The notes under the pieces are model-generated. The model was not told the origin of the DNA. It did not search any database and saw only the letters and a program-made list of their open reading frames with translations. The position numbers and the translations under genes were made by a program. Positions 6,801-15,335 of a stretch of DNA of 35,827 bases are shown piece after piece. Origin of the DNA: a virus (lineage: Duplodnaviria; Caudoviricetes); IMG/VR virus record IMGVR_UViG_3300032233_001211, positions 1 through 35,827 of that record; one strand, written 5' to 3'. How positions within the stretch are numbered: position 1 is the first letter of the stretch; each line of letters begins with the position of its first letter.

Positions 6801-8379
6801 GGAAACTCTTAGTGTAGAAACTGCTCGTCTTCGAGCGAAGATGGCTGACCCGGTGTGGAAAGCTAAGAATCTTTTTGGTTTTGATCCTTGGAGTAAGCAG
6901 CAGGAAATTCTAAAAGCGCTTCGGAAGCATAAGCGTGTCGCGGTTCGCTCTTGTCACGGCGTTGGCAAGACGGCGGTTGCTGCTACTGCTGTTCTCGATT
7001 TTATGACGGAAGGGCCGTGCCGCGTTATCACCACTGCTCCTACTTGGTCGCAGGTTGAACAATTGTTGTGGCGCGAAATTAGCGTCCGGCATTCTAAGAT
7101 TCCAGGCGGCAAAGATGCTTTTGGCAAGATGTTCAAGTCTTCGCTGGAGGTCAGGTCGGATTGGTTTGCAATGGGCCTTTCGACGGATAAGCCAGAGCGT
7201 TTTCAGGGTCATCACGCTCCACGAATGATGCTAGTTGTGGACGAGGCGTCTGGTATTGACGAAGCTATCTACGAAGCATCCGAAGGTTTCCTTACTGCTG
7301 ACGAGGCGCGTGTCCTTCTGATTGGAAACCCGACCAGGCCAGCCGGAACGTTCTATAAAGCATTCCAAAAAGATTCTGGTTGGTACCCGGTTCATATGAG
7401 CGCGTTTGATGCGCCGTGCTTTACAGGCGAAAAAGTATCTAAAGAGGCTGAGCGTGCTCTTATTACACAAGAATGGGTGCAAGACGCGAAGCAGCAGTGG
7501 GGCGAGGACTCTGCGGCTTATAAGATTCGCGTATTGGGCGAGTTTTCAGAAACAACGGGCCGCCAATACTTCCAATTTCTAGATAAAATCGCGCCCGTAG
7601 ACGCTAAGAAGCGTGGTTTTGTGCGGGGAATGCCGGTTCCTGGTGGCAGAGTAGAGTTTTATGACGACCACAAGGGCGGAATGCGCATGTGGGAGCTGCC
7701 AAAAACAGGCGTTGGGTACCTTATCTTTGCTGATGTTGCTGGATCAGTGTCATTTGACGAGTATGAGCGTCGAGAATCCCGCATTGGCGTTGGCGCAGGG
7801 TCGGATTATTCTGTAGCAGAAGTTCTACGCCAAGATAATGGCGAACAAGTGGCCGAAATTCGTTATCGCGCTGATGTTGACGAGTTTGCCGACGACCTGG
7901 CGCGCCTGGGACGCTTGTATAACGATGCAATCATCGCGGTAGAGCGCAACGGGCCGGGGACGGCGGTACTTACCCAGCTAAAAAACACTATGGGGTATCC
8001 GCGTATCTGGCGACCACGCAATCCCATCGGCGTAAAGACGCATCTCGACCAAACGCTTGGTTGGAACACGACTAGTGCGACTCGGCCCATAATGCTGAGC
8101 GCGCTTCAAGCCGCTATTCGTGATGAGCCGCATCGCATTAAGAGCGAAGCGCTTATTGATGAGATCCGTACGTTTGTGTTTCGGGATCGGAATGGCAGAG
8201 AGCCGCGGCCAGAGGCGGACGAAGGTTGCCATGACGATCTTGTGATGGCTATGGGTGGTGCGCAAGCTGTGTGGCAGCAAGAATGCACGACGCCTATCCG
8301 TCTTGCTGAGCGTCCAAAGCCAAAAGTTGAGCAGCCGCTTCAGAAGCGCGCGCCACGATTTGTGGTTGGTCGCGGCTAG
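6793..8379 (+). CDS. terL: Terminase large subunit
   Basis: Walker A RSCHGVGKT, Walker B LVVDEASG, coupling motif IGNP, RNase H-like nuclease motifs FADVAG, VERNG and HDDLVMA. Confidence 0.95.
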   Translation: MSEETLSVETARLRAKMADPVWKAKNLFGFDPWSKQQEILKALRKHKRVAVRSCHGVGKTAVAATAVLDFMTEGPCRVITTAPTWSQVEQLLWREISVRHSKIPGGKDAFGKMFKSSLEVRSDWFAMGLSTDKPERFQGHHAPRMMLVVDEASGIDEAIYEASEGFLTADEARVLLIGNPTRPAGTFYKAFQKDSGWYPVHMSAFDAPCFTGEKVSKEAERALITQEWVQDAKQQWGEDSAAYKIRVLGEFSETTGRQYFQFLDKIAPVDAKKRGFVRGMPVPGGRVEFYDDHKGGMRMWELPKTGVGYLIFADVAGSVSFDEYERRESRIGVGAGSDYSVAEVLRQDNGEQVAEIRYRADVDEFADDLARLGRLYNDAIIAVERNGPGTAVLTQLKNTMGYPRIWRPRNPIGVKTHLDQTLGWNTTSATRPIMLSALQAAIRDEPHRIKSEALIDEIRTFVFRDRNGREPRPEADEGCHDDLVMAMGGAQAVWQQECTTPIRLAERPKPKVEQPLQKRAPRFVVGRG

Positions 8380-8423
8380 GAGAATCCGCGAGTGAGCGGG
8401 ATGGGTTGGTGTCTCCTAGCCGC
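8372..8423 (+). terminator. Long hairpin at the terL stop (terminator or processing site)
   Basis: Perfect 12-bp arms GCGGCTAGGAGA (8372-8383) / TCTCCTAGCCGC (8412-8423) enclosing an inner CCGC/GCGG stem. Confidence 0.55.
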
Positions 8424-8452
8424 CCCAGCACCGTAGCATGTATTCTTTTCGC

Positions 8453-8782
8453 ATGAGTAGTAATGGTTTTGTTCCTCCTAGTGGCGCTCGCGCTGCTGCG
8501 CGTCGAGGTTTGGATCTTGTCGGCAAGGGCAAGGCTGGTGGAGGGTTTGAGTCTGCTACTGCTGCTCGCGCGCGGAAGATCGCAGCTGGTGCGCCGTTGA
8601 CTCGTGATCATGTGATGCGTATGCACTCATTTTTCAGCAGGCACGCGGTTGATCGTAAGCCTGGGTGGGGTACGCCAGGTAAGGAGACTCCGGGGTATGT
8701 TGCGCATCAGGCGTGGGGTGGCGATGCTGGCGCGTCTTGGGCTTCTAGTCTTGCTAAGCGCCTTCGGGAATCCGACAAGTAG
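8453..8782 (+). CDS. Conserved basic phage head-region protein
   Basis: 'PP..AR.AARRGL...ARARKIA.G..L...V.RM.SFF.RH.....WGGDAG..WA' pattern that I recall from phage head-module proteins; TATTCT 6 nt before the ATG. Confidence 0.75.
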   Translation: MSSNGFVPPSGARAAARRGLDLVGKGKAGGGFESATAARARKIAAGAPLTRDHVMRMHSFFSRHAVDRKPGWGTPGKETPGYVAHQAWGGDAGASWASSLAKRLRESDK

Positions 8783-8796
8783 GATATAGTTCTAGC

Positions 8797-8955
8797 GTGA
8801 AGAAGAACACTGAGTACGCCAAGCTTGTTAATTCGCTCCGCGCAAAGGGCGCTGAAGATCCGCGCGCGCTTGCCGCAAGCATTGGTCGCAAGAAGCTTGG
8901 TAAGGCGGAGTTCCAGCGTCGCGCTGCTGCCGGTCGAGCCGCAACGGGTAACTAA
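8797..8955 (+). CDS. Small basic protein (52 aa, ...DPRALAASIGRKKLG...), absent from the ORF track
   Basis: GTG 6 nt after TATAGT; open to TAA 8953-8955; fills the gap exactly. Confidence 0.7.
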   Translation: MKKNTEYAKLVNSLRAKGAEDPRALAASIGRKKLGKAEFQRRAAAGRAATGN

Positions 8956-8969
8956 TGTATAGTTCCGGT

Positions 8970-9131
8970 ATGAACGAAAAGAAAATCAAAGGCGTTGTCA
9001 TGGGGCCGGATCGACAATACGGAACCGGAACAATGGGCAAGCAGCCAATTGCTGTAGTCGGGTCTGATAATAAAAAGGCCTATGGTCGCCTTGCCCTTAA
9101 ACTCAAGTCTAAGGCTATGGAAAAGAAATAG
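8970..9131 (+). CDS. Small Lys-rich protein (53 aa), absent from the ORF track
   Basis: ATG 6 nt after TATAGT; open to TAG 9129-9131. Confidence 0.65.
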   Translation: MNEKKIKGVVMGPDRQYGTGTMGKQPIAVVGSDNKKAYGRLALKLKSKAMEKK

Positions 9132-9136
9132 TTCTG

Positions 9137-9448
9137 ATGCACCCGCTTGACCGCATCAAGAAAAAGAACGCTCCGACCGTCAGCATCGCGCTCATGCGCA
9201 TGAAGCCCATGTCGCGCAAAGAAGCAATGAACGATGCCATGTCCGAAAATGGCTCTGAATACGACACGACCGAAGACAATGCGTCTGAAGAAGAAATGGG
9301 CAAAGAAGACACGATGGAAGACAAGGCCGAATACGGCTCCGAGCATTGCCCCAAGTGTGCCGAGTATCAGATGCTCATCGGCGAAGCACTCGCCATGTAC
9401 ATGAAGAACAAGGACGCTAAGGAAACGCCAGACTCCGAGATGGAGTAG
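9137..9448 (+). CDS. Hypothetical protein with basic N-terminus and Glu/Asp/Met-rich body
   Basis: Starts 5 nt after the previous stop; CPKC motif. Confidence 0.7.
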   Translation: MHPLDRIKKKNAPTVSIALMRMKPMSRKEAMNDAMSENGSEYDTTEDNASEEEMGKEDTMEDKAEYGSEHCPKCAEYQMLIGEALAMYMKNKDAKETPDSEME

Positions 9449-9465
9449 GTGCTACACTAATTCTT

Positions 9466-9852
9466 ATGAGCGTACCTCCAAACATGATGGGCGCAGGCCC
9501 GATGATTCCGCCGCCCCCGATGGGCGCACCAATGGGAGCGCCTATGGGCGCGCCGATGGCACCAGGAGCGCCGGTTCCCCCGGCCGTTGCTGCTCTTCCG
9601 GGTATGGCTGAGCTGGCTCAGGCGCAGACGATGCAGATGGCGGATCATCAGCGCCAGATGCAGATGATGCAGGAAGAGATGCAGAAGCAGATCATGATGC
9701 TTATCTCGTCGCTTCCTACGCCGAATCCGGCTGGTGAGGCTGCTGTTTCTACGCCGATGACTCCGATGATGAGTGGTGCTGGTGCTGGCATGGGTGGTTC
9801 TGCCGCTCCGATGGGTGACGCTGACATGGGAACCCCAACGGGTGCCTACTAG
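9466..9852 (+). CDS. Met/Pro/Gly/Gln-rich low-complexity protein
   Basis: PMGA repeats with varied synonymous codons; TACACT 7 nt before the ATG. Confidence 0.75.
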   Translation: MSVPPNMMGAGPMIPPPPMGAPMGAPMGAPMAPGAPVPPAVAALPGMAELAQAQTMQMADHQRQMQMMQEEMQKQIMMLISSLPTPNPAGEAAVSTPMTPMMSGAGAGMGGSAAPMGDADMGTPTGAY

Positions 9853-9873
9853 TTCTACTGGTAGACTCTAAGA

Positions 9874-10362
9874 ATGCCTTACGTTGTTCCAACAACCGTT
9901 GTAGCAGCCGCACGAGGGTTTGCAACAGACTATAACGTTATCGTTAACGATGTTATTGACCACGAGACACGCATCGTTGCCGTCGAAACGCTCAGCAACT
10001 CTGTCCCCTACGCTAACCTTGCTTCTGACGTAAAGAACTTTACAATCAGCACGCCAACGTTCACAACGAACGTATACACGACAGTCCTAACAGACGCAGA
10101 CAACAAGCTCCTTCTCCTCACAAACGGAGCAACCGCAGGATCGTTCACTATCCCGCTCAACGCAACTGTCCCGTTTGCCATTGGCTGCCAGCTAAACCTA
10201 GTTCAGACGGGCACTGGGCAGATCACTGTTAATCGAGCAACAAGTGGCGTAACTATCAATGGTTCAACAACTCTCAACTATTTGTTCGCTCAGCAATACG
10301 CAATGATTAGTCTTGTAAAGACCGCTGCTGACACTTGGGTGCTAACTGGCGACTTTATCTAA
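9874..10362 (+). CDS. Short tail-fibre/decoration-type protein (paralog 1)
   Basis: N-terminal 'VIDHETRI' coiled segment plus a C-terminal 'TIPLNA...QTGTGQ...QYA..LVK..DTWVLTGD' fibre-tip-like domain. Confidence 0.65.
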   Translation: MPYVVPTTVVAAARGFATDYNVIVNDVIDHETRIVAVETLSNSVPYANLASDVKNFTISTPTFTTNVYTTVLTDADNKLLLLTNGATAGSFTIPLNATVPFAIGCQLNLVQTGTGQITVNRATSGVTINGSTTLNYLFAQQYAMISLVKTAADTWVLTGDFI

Positions 10363-10832
10363 TGCCATACGTTGCCCCGACAACCGTAACGCCAGGCGTA
10401 CCTATTGCGTCTGCGCTTCATAACACTCTTGCAGCAGACATTATTGACCACGAATCGCGCATCGGAACAGCAACGACTACGCTGAATAGCTTGCCGTACG
10501 CAAAACTTGCGCCCAGTGCAAAGAATTATCAAGTTATTAGTGTTACTGGTGCGCGTTCTCTTGGAAGCTCTGATGCGGACAATACGGTTCTTGTTAGCGG
10601 AGCAAGCGATTGCTATTTTAATGTAAACAAAAACGTTTTTGTCTCTGGACAAACAGTTAATCTTTTTCGTGGAGGAACTGGGAAGTTTATTATAACTCCT
10701 AATGACGGCCCTTTAATTAACGGCTCAACTACCCCAAGTTTCTACATTTATGCGTATGGGTATGCGCAACTTATTTGCATTGGTAATGATTTTCTTCTTG
10801 TAGGTAATTATTCAAGGAGTTCTAATGGTTAG
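10362..10832 (+). CDS. Short tail-fibre/decoration-type protein (paralog 2)
   Basis: TAATG overlap; MPYVxPTTV...IDHExRI...PYAxLA shared with the 9874 protein; divergent C-terminus. Confidence 0.65.
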   Translation: MPYVAPTTVTPGVPIASALHNTLAADIIDHESRIGTATTTLNSLPYAKLAPSAKNYQVISVTGARSLGSSDADNTVLVSGASDCYFNVNKNVFVSGQTVNLFRGGTGKFIITPNDGPLINGSTTPSFYIYAYGYAQLICIGNDFLLVGNYSRSSNG

Positions 10833-12033
10833 CCGAAGTTTTTCGCAACGAAGAAACATTAAAGAACTTCCCCAGTCTTTTATTCAATACTCTGCCAGTG
10901 CTGCAAACGATCAGTTTGGAGTATCTTGTGCTTTGTCAAACAATGGGGATACGGCAATTGTTGGACAATCTGGTGATATTACGTTTCAGGGAACAGCTGT
11001 TGTTTTTGTTCGCAGCGGTAAAACGTGGACAGAACAAGCTTTGCTTAGCCAATCTGGGGGATCGGGTGGCGACCGTTTTGGAACTTCTGTAGCGTTATCG
11101 AGCGATGGTAATACTGCTATTTGCGGAGTGCCGTATAGGGGGGCTACGGACACTGGCGCTGCTGTTGTATTTACTCGCAGTGGTGCCACGTGGACGCAGC
11201 AGGCTGTGTTGACGCATTCTACTGCTGTTGCACAAGATTTGTTGGGCTGGTCTGTTGCGTTGTCCAGTGACGGTAATACGGCTATTTGTGGAGCGCCAAC
11301 AATGGGTGCTACCAATGGTAAGTCGGTAGTGTTTACGCGTAGTGGTGCGACTTGGACAGAACAAGCAACATTGACGTATTCGATTGGGGCGGCAGGCGAT
11401 TTGTTTGGCTGGGCGGTTGATTTGTCGGATGATGGCAATACTGCTGCTATTGGAGCGCCATACGTTGATACTTCAAAGGGCACAAACGCTGGTCGCATTA
11501 TTGTTTTTAAGCGTAGTGGCGTTACGTGGACACAGTTTCAACAATTGGAGAATGTAAGTGCTAGTGGTGGAGTCGACTACTATTTTGGTAGCGCTCTTTC
11601 TATTTCTGGTAACGGCTTAGTGATTGCTGGAACACAGTTGCGCACTAGCGGTTCTAGATTGGCAGAAATTTTCTCCATTCGAGATGGTCTTACAACTTAT
11701 GTTACAGAAAGTGCTATTAGTGTCTCTGAGCAAACGTCGGTTGCTTTAAATACTGTTGGTGATTTTGTAATTTTTGGGGCCAAAACCGCAGATACGCCAT
11801 TAGGAGGAGTTGACGCTGGGCAATGTGTGGGTCTTTATCGTTGGAGCCCAGCTGGCTTTTGGCGTGGTTACAATAGTTTCTCTTCGCAAATAACACTAAG
11901 GCATTTGTCTGGCGCAACTGGAGACTTTCTTGGCGCGTCGGTTGCTTTGTCTGGCGATGGAATGGTTGCCATTGGTGGCGCTCCTGAAATTGGCTCTAGC
12001 GTTGGCGGAGCAGTTATCTTCTATACTCATTAA
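10825..12033 (+). CDS. FG-GAP repeat beta-propeller protein (putative adhesin)
   Basis: About seven repeats of the type 'FGxSVALSxDGNTAIxGAP...AVVFTRSGATWTEQA'; AAGGAG SD. Confidence 0.85.
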   Translation: MVSRSFSQRRNIKELPQSFIQYSASAANDQFGVSCALSNNGDTAIVGQSGDITFQGTAVVFVRSGKTWTEQALLSQSGGSGGDRFGTSVALSSDGNTAICGVPYRGATDTGAAVVFTRSGATWTQQAVLTHSTAVAQDLLGWSVALSSDGNTAICGAPTMGATNGKSVVFTRSGATWTEQATLTYSIGAAGDLFGWAVDLSDDGNTAAIGAPYVDTSKGTNAGRIIVFKRSGVTWTQFQQLENVSASGGVDYYFGSALSISGNGLVIAGTQLRTSGSRLAEIFSIRDGLTTYVTESAISVSEQTSVALNTVGDFVIFGAKTADTPLGGVDAGQCVGLYRWSPAGFWRGYNSFSSQITLRHLSGATGDFLGASVALSGDGMVAIGGAPEIGSSVGGAVIFYTH

Positions 12034-12057
12034 ACACGAACTGGTACACTCACACCA

Positions 12058-12570
12058 ATGCCATACACCCGACCATACGCCAGCGGTTTCGTAGACTATC
12101 CGCTCACCACCACACCAATCAATAGCACAGCGCTCAACACTATTGACGTTGGCGTAAAAACCGTTAGCGATACTGTAGATGCGTTTACTGCTGCGTGGAC
12201 GGCGTATACTCCAGCGCTGACTAATACGACTGCGCCTATTACGGTTGCTCGATACGAGCAGATTGGTAAGACGGTTCATTTTTATGTTGTATTGACGTTG
12301 ACTGGTGCGCAGGTAACGGGGCTTATTGGAATTGCGCTTCCTCCGGTTGCGATGCTTAGCACAAGTTCTGGAAACTTTGACGTAAAACTAATTGACTCGG
12401 GAGTTGTATACGCTGGCGTTGGCGTTGCTGGGGCAACTTCAAGGGTTGATTGTTACGCGCTTAACGCTGCCGGAACATACGCCGTAGTTGCTGCTACAAC
12501 CAGTCTTATCCCATTTACGTGGGGAGCCGCAGACCAGATCATTGTAAGCGGAACGTACGAGTCCGTGTAA
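12058..12570 (+). CDS. Short fibre/receptor-binding-type protein
   Basis: 'TTPINSTALNTIDVGV' N-terminal anchor motif and a 'WTAYTP...ARYEQIGKTV...SGTYE' beta-sandwich typical of fibre heads. Confidence 0.65.
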   Translation: MPYTRPYASGFVDYPLTTTPINSTALNTIDVGVKTVSDTVDAFTAAWTAYTPALTNTTAPITVARYEQIGKTVHFYVVLTLTGAQVTGLIGIALPPVAMLSTSSGNFDVKLIDSGVVYAGVGVAGATSRVDCYALNAAGTYAVVAATTSLIPFTWGAADQIIVSGTYESV

Positions 12571-14309
12571 TGATTGAGTCTACCGACCCGAAGAAACTCC
12601 TAGACCGATTCACAAAGTGCTGGAGCCAATCCTACGCTAAGCACACAATGAATTGCGAGTTCTATAAGAAGTGTGACGACGGATACAACGCCGTCATCAA
12701 GCCATCTAGTAGTGAGTGGCAATCTGACTTGCATCCGCCATACGCGCTCCAGATTATTGACATTATCGAATCAAACATTGTTGATGACCAGCCCGACATG
12801 CGCGTTGTCCCGGCACAGCCAGACGACAGCAGCGGCGCAGAGCTACTGACGCACATTATTCGCCAGCAGCGCTACAAGGATAACTTTGCCGAGAAGTACG
12901 CTTTGTTTGTTAAGCAGTCTCTTATTCGCGGAATTAGCGTGGCAAAGATTCCGTGGATGGAAGAATGGCGCAAAGTCCCTACGCCAAACTACAAGCCTGA
13001 TCCACTTGGTCAGCGCAAGCCGTACCAGAATGTTCCGTATCGTCAGCAGCCCGGCTTTGTCAACGTAGACACTAATCACTTCTTGTGGGACGTTAACGCT
13101 ACAAGCCTTGACGATGCTGAGTACGTGTTCTTTAGAACGTACGAATCTAAGCGTAGCCTTGAAGCTGCTGGCGTGTACGAGAACCTAGACAAGATCGAAG
13201 TACAGACAACTAATATTGGGCTTGACGAGAAAGAGCGTCGCGGCCGGGTCGAAGTTATTGAGTGGTGGTGGCGCGACGGAGCGTCGATGCGTCTCACGGT
13301 AATTGCCAACAAGTCTACGATTATTCGCGATTGCATTAGTCCGTTCTGGCATGGACAGTTTCCGTTTGTTGTTGCCAACGTCATGCCAACTCCGTTCTCG
13401 TTTCGCGGCAAGAGCATTGTTGAGATCATTAGTGACCTTCAGATTGCTCTTTGGGAGCTTCAGAACCAGCGCATTGACAACTCGAAGTTCATGGCTAACG
13501 CAGCTATGTTTGTCGACCCGAACACGGATCAGCAGGACATCCGCCTTTACCCAGGAGCTGTGATTCCGCTTCGCCCCGACCAGGTGCAGGCGTGGGTGCC
13601 GAACATTAGTATTCTCCAGCCGAGCGTGCAGGCTGAGGAGATGCTAAAGGGTGATCTTCAGAACATTACTGGTGCTGTGGGTTACTTGTCTGGCGCTTCT
13701 GGCACGGAGATTGACCAGACCACCGCTACAGGCATTAGCGTTATTAGCAATATGGCTGCTAAGCGCATTATTCGCATGAAGCAGCAGGTCATGTTTGCTA
13801 TGCGGCGCGCTGGTGAACAGCAGATTGCTCTTAATCAGCAGCTTCTTCCTGGCCCGATTGCTGTTCGTATTGATCGTGACGCTGCGGAGGATTGGAAGGT
13901 TGTTAGTCCGACCGATATTCAGGGCCAGTATGATTATAAGGTCGAGGATGCGAACGAGTCGCTTATGCGGCAGGAGCGCCGGGCAGAGTCGCTTGCGTTT
14001 GCTAACTGGTTTGGTCAGAATTACGCTTTGCTCGTCCAGTCCGGGGTGCAGCCGAATATGCGGCGTGTAGCTGAGGACGTTATTCAGGCATTCGATGAAG
14101 ACCCGAGAGAGTATTTGGGTAATGATGTTTCTTCGCCGGACGGCACACAAGTGCAGAACCCGCTCTTGGTCGGAGGGCCGGGTCAGTCACAGCCGGGGGC
14201 GACAACCCCGCTTGGCGGTGCTACTAGTTCGGGTGCGGCCCCTGGGCTTCCTCCTGAACTTGCTGCGCTTTTTGGGGCCGCCCCCGGCGTTAACCCTTCT
14301 CAACCATAG
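12570..14309 (+). CDS. Portal protein (podovirus-type)
   Basis: TAATG overlap gives 579 aa; 'HGQFPFV', 'GKSIVE', 'QNQRIDN', 'TATGIS' motifs; Pro/Gly-rich tail; position before the scaffold. Confidence 0.85.
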   Translation: MIESTDPKKLLDRFTKCWSQSYAKHTMNCEFYKKCDDGYNAVIKPSSSEWQSDLHPPYALQIIDIIESNIVDDQPDMRVVPAQPDDSSGAELLTHIIRQQRYKDNFAEKYALFVKQSLIRGISVAKIPWMEEWRKVPTPNYKPDPLGQRKPYQNVPYRQQPGFVNVDTNHFLWDVNATSLDDAEYVFFRTYESKRSLEAAGVYENLDKIEVQTTNIGLDEKERRGRVEVIEWWWRDGASMRLTVIANKSTIIRDCISPFWHGQFPFVVANVMPTPFSFRGKSIVEIISDLQIALWELQNQRIDNSKFMANAAMFVDPNTDQQDIRLYPGAVIPLRPDQVQAWVPNISILQPSVQAEEMLKGDLQNITGAVGYLSGASGTEIDQTTATGISVISNMAAKRIIRMKQQVMFAMRRAGEQQIALNQQLLPGPIAVRIDRDAAEDWKVVSPTDIQGQYDYKVEDANESLMRQERRAESLAFANWFGQNYALLVQSGVQPNMRRVAEDVIQAFDEDPREYLGNDVSSPDGTQVQNPLLVGGPGQSQPGATTPLGGATSSGAAPGLPPELAALFGAAPGVNPSQP

Positions 14310-14313
14310 TTAA

Positions 14314-14336
14314 CCGACCAATCCGACCTTCCGACC
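14314..14336 (+). repeat. Three CCGACC boxes abutting the scaffold SD
   Basis: CCGACC at 14314, 14323 and 14331; further copies at 15244, 15272 and 16581. Confidence 0.65.
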
Positions 14337-14345
14337 GGAGGAACA

Positions 14346-15239
14346 ATGAGCAGTAACGAGACAACGACAGAAACCGATCCGATTGCCGACGCAATCCTTC
14401 ATGGTGGGAATGTCCCGCCAGCTCCAGAGGTAGATTCTGGTGCGGACACTGGTGAGGATTCTGGTGCGGATGTTGCCGTGGAAGAAGAACTGTTGCTTGG
14501 TAAGTTTAAAACGTCTGAAGACATGGCGGCTGCGTATCAGAATCTTGAGCGCGAGTTTACGCAGGCGCGTCAGCGCGCTATTGACCTTGAGTCGCTTCTT
14601 GACGACGAGCCGGACGAGGTTGCTCCGGCGTGGAACTCTGCGTTTACTGGTGCTAACCCGCAGAACGAGGCCGAGCTTGTTAGTTGGGCTGAAAGCAACC
14701 CTGGTGCCGCTGCGCAGTGGGCTATTTCTAATGGTGAGCGCGTTGGGCAGGAAACTGTTACGGCTTTGTGGGAGCATTGGTTTGAAGTTAAGCCGACTGA
14801 GGCTATGGCGTGGTACACGACGCAACAGACGCAGACGATTGCTTCGCAGTATGAGGAGCGCATTGCAGAGTTGCAGGAACAGATTGCTCCGTTGCGAGAT
14901 CAGCAGACGCAGGCTCTTTTTGAGTCTAGCCTTGACGCGCTAGAGGGTCAGATTCCTGATCTTGCTGATTATAGTGAGAAGATTCAGGCGTATATTGACA
15001 ATATTCCTACCGATCAGCTTCATTTGGCGTTTTTCCCGCAGGGGATGGACACGCCGGAGAAGATTCAGGAGGGCGTTAAGAGCTTGTACGCGATTGTTCG
15101 TATGCGCGAAGCTCCGACGCAGCAGCAGCAGCAAGGTAGCGTTAATCAGAATGCGTTTACGCAGTCTCGTCAGGGCATTACCGATAATGGGCCTGTGGAT
15201 TACGATGCTAAGATCAATGCTGCTATCCTTCAGGGGTAG
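14346..15239 (+). CDS. Capsid scaffolding/assembly protein
   Basis: Acidic; 'LLGKFKTSEDMAAAYQNLE' motif characteristic of podovirus scaffolds; lies between portal and MCP. Confidence 0.85.
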   Translation: MSSNETTTETDPIADAILHGGNVPPAPEVDSGADTGEDSGADVAVEEELLLGKFKTSEDMAAAYQNLEREFTQARQRAIDLESLLDDEPDEVAPAWNSAFTGANPQNEAELVSWAESNPGAAAQWAISNGERVGQETVTALWEHWFEVKPTEAMAWYTTQQTQTIASQYEERIAELQEQIAPLRDQQTQALFESSLDALEGQIPDLADYSEKIQAYIDNIPTDQLHLAFFPQGMDTPEKIQEGVKSLYAIVRMREAPTQQQQQGSVNQNAFTQSRQGITDNGPVDYDAKINAAILQG

Positions 15240-15335
15240 AACGCCGACCAGTACGACAATCGTGGCCCAACCCGACCGTTGGACAACCGCAAACCATCAT
15301 CCATCATCTAGTTAGAAAGGTTAGGTTACAATTTA

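Noticed and set aside
10900-11540. Near-identical nucleotide repeats as DGR template/variable repeats
   Set aside because: They are in-frame FG-GAP blades with mostly synonymous differences, not adenine-specific ones, and no reverse transcriptase is in the window.
15322-15335. TACAAT/TAGGTT before the MCP ATG as another leaderless promoter
   Set aside because: Spacing is 3 or 8 nt rather than 6-7, and an SD-like GAAAGG/AGGT is present.
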